64,000 bases of DNA. Origin: an uncultured virus (IMG/VR IMGVR_UViG_3300026198_000079) (Duplodnaviria; Heunggongvirae; Uroviricota; Caudoviricetes). Position 1 is the first letter of the stretch. Each line of letters opens with the position of its first letter. A program made the translations under genes and the position numbers. Below, one piece after another: positions 28,458-36,774 of this stretch. Below the pieces are notes generated by a model. It was given only the letters and a program-made list of their open reading frames with translations. It had not been told where the DNA came from and did no database searches. The stretch lies in IMG/VR virus record IMGVR_UViG_3300026198_000079; one strand, 5' to 3'.

Positions 28458-29408
28458 TCAAGCGGCGGCTCTGCCGTGCCTGAATGCCGTGTCCCCGGAA
28501 AGGTTGCGGGTAAGGAAGTCCCTCGCCGTTGCGAATTCCTCTCCTATGAATCCGAGGCGGAGAAGCCAGGTTCTCATGGCGTATTTCGGATTCTCGTTCT
28601 GCTGCGGTTTCGGGCTTGCCGTCCGCACGTCCTTTGCCATCTGGCTGAGTGCGAGGCAAAGCTGAATGTAGCTCTTCAGCTGTCCTGCATGGATGCCGCC
28701 CTTGCGCTCCGCTGTCGGCTCATCGAACTGGAAGAGCCGGAACTCGATGGTGCCCTTCGTGAAGGTCGCATGGTAGTTGAGCATATGGTAGCGGCTGTCG
28801 TTGTAGTGCTGCGTCCTGCCGTAGCTCGCTCCCTGCGAGGTATACCAGATGTCCGCAAGCTGGCTCATGGTCTTAGGCTTCTTGCGGTTGACCGCCTGCA
28901 GGAAGTTCGGGTCCACCGTGCGGCAGTATCTGTCCATGCGGTAGCGGTCGAGCTTCAAAGCCTCGGCGATCAGACTCTCATGGCTTGCCATGATGTTTGC
29001 GAGGTTGCGGAGCGTCTGCGGCGTGTGACCGTTCGCTCCGATGTGGATGTGGACTCCGCAGCCCCGGCTGGCATCGCTCTTTGCGCCTGCGTGTCGAAGC
29101 TGTCTGCAAAGTTCCTGAAGGGTTTCGATATCGCCGTAGGTAAGGATCGGCGTGACCATCTCACATTTTTCATCGTCCGGTCCGCTGATGGAAACGTCCC
29201 TCTGGAATTTCCACTCGCGACCTTCGCTGTCCCAAGCCGACCAGGTGTAGTACCCGTTGCGGCTTGCTGTGTTCTCGTATCTGCCTGTTCCGAAGAAGTC
29301 GGCGGCAATCTTCGCTGCCTTGCTCCTCTTGATGCTGTTCATCTCGACCTCGACCCCGATGGTCTGGTTCTTCATCTCGGTAATCTGTCTCTCTGTCCTT
29401 GCGTTCAT
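28458..29408 (-). CDS. Putative amidoligase (COOH-NH2 ligase, amidoligase_2 type)
   Basis: GVEVE, DVSI, EMVTPIL, CGVHIHIG, RYHMLN, TIEFR. Confidence 0.88.
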   Translation of the reverse strand: MNARTERQITEMKNQTIGVEVEMNSIKRSKAAKIAADFFGTGRYENTASRNGYYTWSAWDSEGREWKFQRDVSISGPDDEKCEMVTPILTYGDIETLQELCRQLRHAGAKSDASRGCGVHIHIGANGHTPQTLRNLANIMASHESLIAEALKLDRYRMDRYCRTVDPNFLQAVNRKKPKTMSQLADIWYTSQGASYGRTQHYNDSRYHMLNYHATFTKGTIEFRLFQFDEPTAERKGGIHAGQLKSYIQLCLALSQMAKDVRTASPKPQQNENPKYAMRTWLLRLGFIGEEFATARDFLTRNLSGDTAFRHGRAAA

Positions 29409-29466
29409 GGTGTGTGCCTCCTTGAAATCCTTTGTTTTCCGAGGGTTTCGTTCCCTTCGGTGTGTC

Positions 29467-29562
29467 TATATATCACTCTGAAGCACACTTTTATCAAGTT
29501 ATTTCTCGCCATAATGTACACGAATATCCGCCCGTAAAACCGGCATGAATTGTGTAGATTAT
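29467..29562 (-). promoter_or_regulatory. Motif A copy 5 with inverted-repeat box
   Basis: CTTGATA...CAGAGTGATATATA; ATAATGTACACG...TTGTGTAGATTAT. Confidence 0.75.
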
Positions 29563-29867
29563 GTCCCCTCGGATACCGCTTTGAGGAAGGGCTTTTCTCC
29601 CTCATACAGGACTGCCAATGCAATTCGGAATCCTGTCTGGAATCCGTCAATGAAGTACCCTTCTGCGGTCATGCCCGTAACAGTTCCCTGCAGCTGTATC
29701 ATCCTGTCAAGTAATGCCAGCGTGTTGTCGTCCAGCATTGTCCGGAGCTTCTCTTCCTCCTTGGCCAGTTCGTCTGCCGCTCTGCCAAATTCCGAATTGC
29801 GGTCAAACTGCTTCTCGTTCGGCACGATGTTGCCGTAGAAGAAATCCGAAAGAATCTTATTGGTCAC
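29559..29867 (-). CDS. Hypothetical protein (DUF6809-like)
   Basis: FFYGNIVPNE...FIDGFQTG pattern. Confidence 0.6.
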   Translation of the reverse strand: MTNKILSDFFYGNIVPNEKQFDRNSEFGRAADELAKEEEKLRTMLDDNTLALLDRMIQLQGTVTGMTAEGYFIDGFQTGFRIALAVLYEGEKPFLKAVSEGT

Positions 29868-30093
29868 TCAAATCATCAACCTTCCTTACGATATCCTCGC
29901 CGTAGACCACGTTCAGTCCACTGCCGTTGTCCCACCGCATGAGGAGGGAGCCGGTATCGTCCACTCCGGTGACTGTTCCTTTCGTGCCGATTGGCGGAGC
30001 CTGGGCATCGTCCATCTGCACAAGTTCTACCCGGCAGCCGACAGGGTACTGTTTGCGGATACGATCCACAATCTCTTTACTCGGAAATCTCAT
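29857..30093 (-). CDS. DUF4314-like small SH3-fold protein
   Basis: YPVGCRVELVQMDD..PPIGTKGTV.GVDD. Confidence 0.8.
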   Translation of the reverse strand: MRFPSKEIVDRIRKQYPVGCRVELVQMDDAQAPPIGTKGTVTGVDDTGSLLMRWDNGSGLNVVYGEDIVRKVDDLSDQ

Positions 30094-30793
30094 GGTCAGT
30101 ACCTCCGTTCTTGAAAGCCGAGGAGCCCGTGAGGTTCTTCAGCAGGATTTTACGTTCGGTCTTGTACTCAGCACCGATGAAGCCCAGACGCAGGAGAAAG
30201 CAGCGGAATGCGTACTTCTCGTTGTCGACTTCCTTTTCCGTGGCGGTCACTCGCTTGGCGTTCCTCGCCATCTCGCAGAGTGCGGAGACAAGGTGCGTGT
30301 ATGCCCTTGCGGAATCGCCGTCCATCTCCGTGAACCAGGGGAAGGATACCTTCTCGTCAGTCACTTCAATCGGAAGGCTGTCCGTGCCGATTGCCTTTTT
30401 CATGAGCGCCGCCTTGGAATCCACGATCCTCTGCAGGTTCTCAATGGCGGCGTCCGAAAGGCTGTCCCTCGGAACCGCCACCGTAAGCCCGTCTGTGGCC
30501 GCCTGTGGTGCGTTCTCTTCGGTTTCGGATACTTCCTCAAACTCCGAATCCTCTCCGTCCTGCGGCTCACAGTCGAACCCTGCGGCGGCGATGGCCTCAA
30601 GCACCTGCTCCACTTCCTCGCTGTCCGCTCTGTCATCGAAGATGAGCATTCCGTCCTTGGTTACCGTGAAGTAGTCGATCTCGTAGGCTGCCGTGGGCAT
30701 TCCCATGTACTTTGCCTTTGCTCCCGTGGTATCGGCGATGGCCTTTACCAGTTCCTTGCGCTGTGCGCCTGTTACGTTGTACCTGATTTCCAT
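30077..30793 (-). CDS. Conserved prophage protein (often annotated virulence-related)
   Basis: RKELVKAI, YMGMPT.AY; the C-terminal NEKYAFRCFLLRLGFIG also occurs at the amidoligase C-terminus. Confidence 0.7.
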   Translation of the reverse strand: MEIRYNVTGAQRKELVKAIADTTGAKAKYMGMPTAAYEIDYFTVTKDGMLIFDDRADSEEVEQVLEAIAAAGFDCEPQDGEDSEFEEVSETEENAPQAATDGLTVAVPRDSLSDAAIENLQRIVDSKAALMKKAIGTDSLPIEVTDEKVSFPWFTEMDGDSARAYTHLVSALCEMARNAKRVTATEKEVDNEKYAFRCFLLRLGFIGAEYKTERKILLKNLTGSSAFKNGGTDHEISE

Positions 30794-30823
30794 GTGCGAA
30801 AACCTCCTTTGTTTTTGGTAGTA

Positions 30824-30918
30824 CATTAATCACTCTGAACCCCAGGAATATCAAGCGATTTCCGCACATTTCGGTGTAGAATAACTCACAACAAAAATTC
30901 CGGGAACTGTGCATAGTA
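30824..30918 (-). promoter_or_regulatory. Motif A copy 6
   Basis: CTTGATA...CAGAGTGATTAATG; degenerate CACAA...CTGTG box. Confidence 0.7.
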
Positions 30919-33024
30919 CACGATCCCCGAAAGCACAAAGCAGACATTCGGCAAAGCCACGCCGTTGCCCCACATCTTATATTCTGCGGAGTCGGAATGC
31001 GGCTCCTTGATCCACTTGATGATCTGGTTCCTGGTCTTCGGCTTGGAGGATGTCCCCATAACCCTCCGATGCGTTTCAAACACCTCCGTCCAGAAAGCAA
31101 TCTCCTCCTCGGTCGGCTCGTCCGTTCCAAGCCCGTCGCACCACCATTCGGGAAAGCCCTGCAGCCTTGCGCACTCAGTAGGAGTAAGTCTCCTCACGAT
31201 ATAATATGGGTCTTCCGATACCGTCGGCGGGTCTTTGAAGTCAGTGGCAACAAGCGTATCAGATACAGCTTCATCTGAGAAATTCGTGTGAAATGAACTC
31301 TTGCTGGAATGGTACACAGGCTGTCCGACCGCGCCCGGTCCCTTTGCCACCATCGTAGGCTCGACTTCCTCCTCGACCGCGATCCCGAACTTGGCGTTCT
31401 GCCCCATGTTATAGGTAGCACGGTCGATGCCGTATGCTACGGCATGCTGTTCTGTAGCATTCAGCGTGAAGCTGACATCTTCCTCGGAATAGCCGCTGCC
31501 CTTATGGGACGGTCTTGCACCGTTGCCCTCAAGAGCCACGACAGCCATGCCGCCCTGGTTGCAGGAGGGGTTGCCGCCGTTTGCGTCAAGCGTCCGTGTG
31601 GTATCCGCCTCATAGAATCCGCTTTTCGGATTATCGGACTTCATGGCGTTTGAATCCTTGGAGCAGATGCCGTAGACCTTAACCGCCAGCTCGTTGCACC
31701 TTGCCTCGCCGACGTCATGGGTATTCAGCGTATTTGCCACATCGGATTCCTTCCATTGCTGTCCCTCTTCGGCAGAATGTGGACGGGTGCCTTTTACAAA
31801 CGGCACAAAGACGGTCTGATCGTTGTTGCAGCCGAGCGTTGCCGATTTATTATCCTGTATCAGTGCGCCCTTACCGCCACCCTCACAGCCGGAACGGATC
31901 TTCAGCGTTTTCGGAGTGTCCTCCACCACGAACGGCTGGTTATTGCCGCCCGTTCCGTAGGTGGACATCACCGTAGGAGCCACATCAAGCGGCCCCGTGT
32001 ATCTGGTATCCTGGCTGTGGTTCTCATAGACCGCAGCCGGAACTGTCCCGGCACGGAGCGTGGGAGAAGTCTCCTCTTCATATCCGATGCCCCTGGAATC
32101 CGCTGAATGCTCAGTGCAGAAACCCGCCGCTCCCATCACGCAGGGAGGATGGTGCGCCTCTGCGCGGAGCGTACAGGTCACTCCCTCCGTCACATCCATG
32201 CGGTCGCCGCCCTGGTCGTTTAAGACCATGACGCCGTTCCTGCCCGTGGACATCCCGCAGTTCTCGCCAAGGGTAGCCGCCTCATCAGAGACAGCTCCGT
32301 TGTATCCGTCTATGCCGATGCCTGACGCATGAGCGCCTTCTTCAGCAGTTCCGGCAGCTCCTTCCCACGAGCGGAAGCCCTGCGGAGTATACCCAGACAT
32401 GCCTTCTGACTCAAATAATATTTTTCCGGCACTCCCGCCTGCAAAATCTGCGACAAGGTAGATACGTTTTCTTCGCTGGGGAACTCCCCAGTATTGAGCA
32501 TCAAATACCCGCCATGCGAGACTGAAATCGTCTGCCACGATCTCTCCGGCGTTTGGCCATTTCGCAGGTCGAGCAGGATCAATCTCGTATCCTTTGACGC
32601 TGCAGATCTCTTCGAGGACGGACTGGAAGTCCGCGCCTTTGTTCGAACTGAACGCGCCTGGGACGTTCTCCCAGACGATGTATCTCGGATATTTTCCATT
32701 GGTTGCACACCTCATTTCCTTTACGATTCGGACAGCTTCATAGAAAAGGCTTGAACGGGAGCCGTCCAGCCCCTCTCTTTTACCCGCCACGGACATATCC
32801 TGGCAGGGTGAGCCGAAGGTGATGATATCCACCGGCTCAAGCTCGCCGCCCTTTAACGTGGATACGTCACCATAATGTTTCACAAACGGCAGCCGCTTCG
32901 AAGTCACCATAACGGGAAACGGCTCGATCTCCGAACTCCACACGGGAGTGATGCCGGAAATCAAGCCGCCCAAAGGAAAACCGCCGGAACCGTCAAACAG
33001 GCTGCCAAGCGTCAGTTTACTCAT
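30886..33024 (-). CDS. C5 cytosine DNA methyltransferase with very long variable region
   Basis: LFDGSGG, GSPCQD, WENV, PQRRKR, RRLTPTECARLQGFP, YKMWGNGV. Confidence 0.93.
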   Translation of the reverse strand: MSKLTLGSLFDGSGGFPLGGLISGITPVWSSEIEPFPVMVTSKRLPFVKHYGDVSTLKGGELEPVDIITFGSPCQDMSVAGKREGLDGSRSSLFYEAVRIVKEMRCATNGKYPRYIVWENVPGAFSSNKGADFQSVLEEICSVKGYEIDPARPAKWPNAGEIVADDFSLAWRVFDAQYWGVPQRRKRIYLVADFAGGSAGKILFESEGMSGYTPQGFRSWEGAAGTAEEGAHASGIGIDGYNGAVSDEAATLGENCGMSTGRNGVMVLNDQGGDRMDVTEGVTCTLRAEAHHPPCVMGAAGFCTEHSADSRGIGYEEETSPTLRAGTVPAAVYENHSQDTRYTGPLDVAPTVMSTYGTGGNNQPFVVEDTPKTLKIRSGCEGGGKGALIQDNKSATLGCNNDQTVFVPFVKGTRPHSAEEGQQWKESDVANTLNTHDVGEARCNELAVKVYGICSKDSNAMKSDNPKSGFYEADTTRTLDANGGNPSCNQGGMAVVALEGNGARPSHKGSGYSEEDVSFTLNATEQHAVAYGIDRATYNMGQNAKFGIAVEEEVEPTMVAKGPGAVGQPVYHSSKSSFHTNFSDEAVSDTLVATDFKDPPTVSEDPYYIVRRLTPTECARLQGFPEWWCDGLGTDEPTEEEIAFWTEVFETHRRVMGTSSKPKTRNQIIKWIKEPHSDSAEYKMWGNGVALPNVCFVLSGIVYYAQFPEFLL
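32310..32699 (-). CDS. Nested alternative-frame polypeptide, M.EcoHK31I beta-subunit-like
   Basis: Same strand, different frame; GAGGTG RBS 8 nt before ATG; NTGEFPSEENVSTLSQIL...YYLS..ACLGILRRASARGKELP. Confidence 0.7.
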   Translation of the reverse strand: MENIRDTSSGRTSQARSVRTKARTSSPSSKRSAASKDTRLILLDLRNGQTPERSWQTISVSHGGYLMLNTGEFPSEENVSTLSQILQAGVPEKYYLSQKACLGILRRASARGKELPELLKKALMRQASA

Positions 33025-34276
33025 TAGGAACCTCCACCTCTTTCACGAGGTCGGAGTACATCATTTTTTCTCCGTTTCTTTCAACATAAATGTCAGCGGG
33101 ATCAATGCCGTTCTCCACAGCCCTGCGGAGGATGACCGATGCGTACTTCTCATCCAGCTCCATAGTGAAACACATGCGGTTCATCTGTTCGCATGCCATC
33201 ATGGTGGAGCCGCTGCCGCCGAAGGTATCGATCACGATGGAGTTCTCCTGCGAGGAATTCCCGATAGGGTATCCGAGCAGGTCGAGCGGCTTTGATGTCG
33301 GATGGTTGGCGTTACGTTTTGGCTTATCATAATTCCAGATGGTGGTCTGCTTGCGGTCGGAGTACCACGGATGCTTGCCGTTCTGCAGGAATCCGTAAAG
33401 CACCGGCTCGTGCTGCCACTGATAATCCGAGCGACCAAGTACCAGGGAATTCTTCACCCAGATACACACGCCCGCCAGGTGGAACCCGGCGTCAATGAAC
33501 GCTTTTCGGAAGTTCAAGCCTTCGGTGTCCGCGTGGAACACATAAGCCGCGCCGCCTTTCTCCAGCACATCCGCCATACACTTGAACGCAGCGAACAGGA
33601 AGTTGTAAAACTCCTCGTTCTTCATGGAATCGTTCTGTATGGTAAGACCGCTGGAACTCTTGAAGGATACGCCATACGGAGGATCTGTCACGATAAGGTT
33701 GGCTTTCCTGCCGCCCATCAGCAATGCGACATCTCCAGCGTCCGTAGCGTCTCCGCACATCAGCCTGTGTCTGCCCACTGTCCAGATATCACCCCGCTCC
33801 ACAAAGGCGGCTTTCTCCAATGCGGCGGTCAGGTCAAAGTCATCATCCTTCGCCTCGCTGTCAGACTCTGTGCCAAACAGGTCAGCCAGTTCCTTTTCAT
33901 CAAAGCCTGTGAGCATGGGATCGAAGTCCATGCCCTGCAAAGCCTCGATCTCGACACGCAGAAGCTCCTCGTCCCATCCGGCGTCCATCGCCATGCGGTT
34001 GTCGGCGATGATATACGCTTTCTTCTGCGCCTCTGTCAGATGGTCGGCAAAGACACACGGCACTTCCGTGATGCCTTCCTCTTTCGCCGCAAGAATACGA
34101 CCGTGGCCGGCGATAACGCCAAAGTCACGGTCGATAATGACAGGATTGATGAAGCCGAACTCCCGGAGGGAGGATCGCAGCTTGTTTATCTGCTCCGGGG
34201 AGTGGGTACGCGCGTTATTCACATAAGGTACCAGTTTTGCAATCGGAACGAGCTGCATTTCAGTCGTTGTCTTCAT
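33017..34276 (-). CDS. ParB-like domain fused to N6/N4 DNA methyltransferase
   Basis: PYVNNARTH, IAGHGR, ADNR; TDPPY, HPTSKP, DTFGGSGS. Confidence 0.92.
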   Translation of the reverse strand: MKTTTEMQLVPIAKLVPYVNNARTHSPEQINKLRSSLREFGFINPVIIDRDFGVIAGHGRILAAKEEGITEVPCVFADHLTEAQKKAYIIADNRMAMDAGWDEELLRVEIEALQGMDFDPMLTGFDEKELADLFGTESDSEAKDDDFDLTAALEKAAFVERGDIWTVGRHRLMCGDATDAGDVALLMGGRKANLIVTDPPYGVSFKSSSGLTIQNDSMKNEEFYNFLFAAFKCMADVLEKGGAAYVFHADTEGLNFRKAFIDAGFHLAGVCIWVKNSLVLGRSDYQWQHEPVLYGFLQNGKHPWYSDRKQTTIWNYDKPKRNANHPTSKPLDLLGYPIGNSSQENSIVIDTFGGSGSTMMACEQMNRMCFTMELDEKYASVILRRAVENGIDPADIYVERNGEKMMYSDLVKEVEVPNE

Positions 34277-35060
34277 ATCGCACCAACCCCCATTCCGCAA
34301 ATTTCTCAAAACCGCCGAGACCATCGATGTATTTCCTCGCGGTCTCTACGATCTCCGTATACGGCACGCCGCCGACCTTCTCATCTCCGATGGAGCAGGA
34401 AAGCTCCACGGGCTTGCCGGTTTCCTGCGCCTTGAGCCATGCCCAGATGTTCACGGACACGTCAGCTTTTGACAGGTCTTTACCGTGCAGACCGCCGCCT
34501 GTGACGGAATCGCCCATATCAGAGCCGAGCTTCCTGTTCGTGGCTCCTGCGTCCACATCCGTGCCGCCCGTCCAGTCACCCAGCGGATTGACCACGGCTT
34601 TCTTATATGATTTCTTCAGCTGCTGTGTATCTGCATTGCTCTGGCAGAAGGTCAGATTATCGCCGTCCAGAATATACTTGCCGTCAGCGTGGTACTGACC
34701 GTAGATATCTGCGGCGATCTTTGTCAGCTTTTTCTGCTCATCCGTCACAGGCACGCCCTTAAAGATGCCGTTGTCACCGCAGCGAAACCCGGCAGACTGA
34801 TTCTTAGACAGGTGCCCGTCCTGCGGAACTTCCTGGACGCTGATTTTCACATTCCCGGCGATACGGCGGACAATATCCGTGATCTCGCCCTTCGGAATAT
34901 GTACAGAAGTCTCCGCGATAATGTGACACATTCCGTGACCGAGCAGGACTTCCACGGCGATCTTCGGATCACTTTCTTTTCTGTATGCGGCATCCACAAT
35001 GGCCCCGGCGATGCGGTCAGCCAGTTTATCGGGATGTGCGGGATTTACTTTTTCAAACAT
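34260..35060 (-). CDS. metK: Compact S-adenosylmethionine synthetase
   Basis: HPDKLAD, GDNG, DAGATNRKL, GGGLHGKDLSKAD align with the MetK signatures. Confidence 0.8.
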   Translation of the reverse strand: MFEKVNPAHPDKLADRIAGAIVDAAYRKESDPKIAVEVLLGHGMCHIIAETSVHIPKGEITDIVRRIAGNVKISVQEVPQDGHLSKNQSAGFRCGDNGIFKGVPVTDEQKKLTKIAADIYGQYHADGKYILDGDNLTFCQSNADTQQLKKSYKKAVVNPLGDWTGGTDVDAGATNRKLGSDMGDSVTGGGLHGKDLSKADVSVNIWAWLKAQETGKPVELSCSIGDEKVGGVPYTEIVETARKYIDGLGGFEKFAEWGLVRYEDND

Positions 35061-35064
35061 ATCA

Positions 35065-35613
35065 TTATCCTTTCCTTGCTCTGAGCAGTCGCTCCATCAG
35101 GTCATCCTGCGGGGAAACATCCCCGTAGTCGGTGCTGCAGTTCTCCTTCACGATTTGGAATATCTCGTTCCAGAGCCGCACCGCCTGGTTCATGTAGTTG
35201 ATGCCGATGTTGATGAACGGCGACGGTATCGGCTTCTGCGTCGTCGGGTGCTTGGAGAGGAATCCCATGCGGTTCGTCATCTCCTCGCACTGTATCCACC
35301 TGGCACTGCACATGGCGTACCTCTCCAGAAGCTGGGGAGACACCTTTGCGGCGCACCCGACCTTCTGCAGCCATTCCCATGTTTCCTTATAGATTTCCTC
35401 CGCCTGCAGGGTACTTCCGTCCCTTTGCTCTGCTGACAGAAAATCATGCGGTTTTGGCATATCGACACCCTCGACTTCGGGAATATCAAGAACTTCCAGT
35501 CTGCGTCCGCCCGGATTGCCGTTCTCGGCTTTCTCCTTGACAGCGGATTTCTTCCTTCCCGCACCGGGTCTCGCACCGCCCCGACCGCCTGTGTTGTTGG
35601 ATTTTGTCGGCAT
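35065..35613 (-). CDS. terS: Terminase small subunit (P27 family)
   Basis: GGARPGAGRK, GNPGGR, ERYAMC..RW, SPF, DDLMERLL. Confidence 0.82.
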   Translation of the reverse strand: MPTKSNNTGGRGGARPGAGRKKSAVKEKAENGNPGGRRLEVLDIPEVEGVDMPKPHDFLSAEQRDGSTLQAEEIYKETWEWLQKVGCAAKVSPQLLERYAMCSARWIQCEEMTNRMGFLSKHPTTQKPIPSPFINIGINYMNQAVRLWNEIFQIVKENCSTDYGDVSPQDDLMERLLRARKG

Positions 35614-35689
35614 TTTCACACCTCCTTCCGCGCAAAAATGAAGCAGCCGGAACCGGCCGCCTTTAATTACCCTTTTGATTTCGCCTTTT

Positions 35690-35756
35690 TCGCACACGTG
35701 ACCCCGCGCCGTTTTCCGCAGAAGCCCCTCGTAGAGATTTTGACCGCCCCTGGGTC
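35690..35756 (-). other. Probable cos region
   Basis: GC-rich GGGGCGGTCAAAATCTCTA...AACGGCGCGGGG between HNH and terS, the usual cos position in HK97-like phages. Confidence 0.5.
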
Positions 35757-35757
35757 C

Positions 35758-36105
35758 TTATCGATCACCACGTTCTTTGTGTATTTTCTCGTGACAGGAA
35801 CGGCACAGGCTCATAAGGTTTGACTCATCGTGCGTTCCGCCTTCCGACAGCGGCACGATGTGGTGGACCTCCTCGACCGCAACATACCGACCTTCTTTCA
35901 TGCACATCTCACAGAGAGGATGCTTGCTTGCGTACCGGTGACGGATGCGTGTCCAGGCACGTCCGTAACGTTTGCCGGGTGAGTAGCCACGCTGGAACTT
36001 CTCGTAGTGCTGTTCCATCTGTTTTGCGTGTTCCTCGCAATAAACACCGTCCGTAAGGTTCGGACATCCGGGGTAGCGGCAGGGACGCTTTGGTTTTCTT
36101 GGCAT
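35758..36105 (-). CDS. Terminase-associated HNH endonuclease
   Basis: CEMC, VHHIVP, NLMSLCRSCH. Confidence 0.9.
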   Translation of the reverse strand: MPRKPKRPCRYPGCPNLTDGVYCEEHAKQMEQHYEKFQRGYSPGKRYGRAWTRIRHRYASKHPLCEMCMKEGRYVAVEEVHHIVPLSEGGTHDESNLMSLCRSCHEKIHKERGDR

Positions 36106-36234
36106 CCTTCCACCTCGCTTTCCGGGCATAAGAAAAGCCCCACAGGATTTCTCCCATGAGGCTCCGCCCACTATTTTACGATATCAGTATAACACGCCAT
36201 TATAGATAAATCGTCTCAGAAAGTGGACAAGGGT

Positions 36235-36696
36235 TTAAGGCTTGCCGAACAGCAGGACGGTCAGCTTGTCGATGGCACGGTTCTTCCTGCGGTAAGCGGA
36301 TGCCCGCTCGATATGGAAATACTCCGCGATGTCATCAACCACGCTGCTGCCGTACTCGTTGTCCTCACTGTAGAAGGTGTCCAGCACATAGCGGTCATCC
36401 TCCGACAGCTGCTCCCATGCGGGAACGAACCAGTCCATGTATTCCACCGCCTGCCTGTAACGCTCCTTCAGCACATCGATCTCATCGATGGCATTGATGA
36501 TCCTGTCCTCGGCGGCGTGGAGATTCCTCACATGCGGCATCCCGTCATAACGGACGCCACTGACGCTCGACATCTTGTCATACGCCGCTTTGATCTCATC
36601 ATCCGTGTTCTCGATGATGAACTTCATGCTGCCGAAATCCTTAAGCGCCGCGACAGCCCCGGCTCTTTTGTCCAGATACTTCCAAACTACATTCAT
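36235..36696 (-). CDS. Late transcriptional activator (RinA/ArpU-like)
   Basis: Position before the packaging genes; C-terminal HTH IAEYFHIERASAYRRKNRAI. Confidence 0.7.
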   Translation of the reverse strand: MNVVWKYLDKRAGAVAALKDFGSMKFIIENTDDEIKAAYDKMSSVSGVRYDGMPHVRNLHAAEDRIINAIDEIDVLKERYRQAVEYMDWFVPAWEQLSEDDRYVLDTFYSEDNEYGSSVVDDIAEYFHIERASAYRRKNRAIDKLTVLLFGKP

Positions 36697-36774
36697 GGTG
36701 TCTACCTCCGAATAAGAAATTGTTGTTTCCCTCGGATTGGCCATGATTGTCTCCATAGATTGTCATAGATGCCG

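Noticed and set aside
26990..30920. Integron with attC cassettes
   Set aside because: No intI and no RYYYAAC/GTTRRRY ends; the repeats look like promoter/operator units
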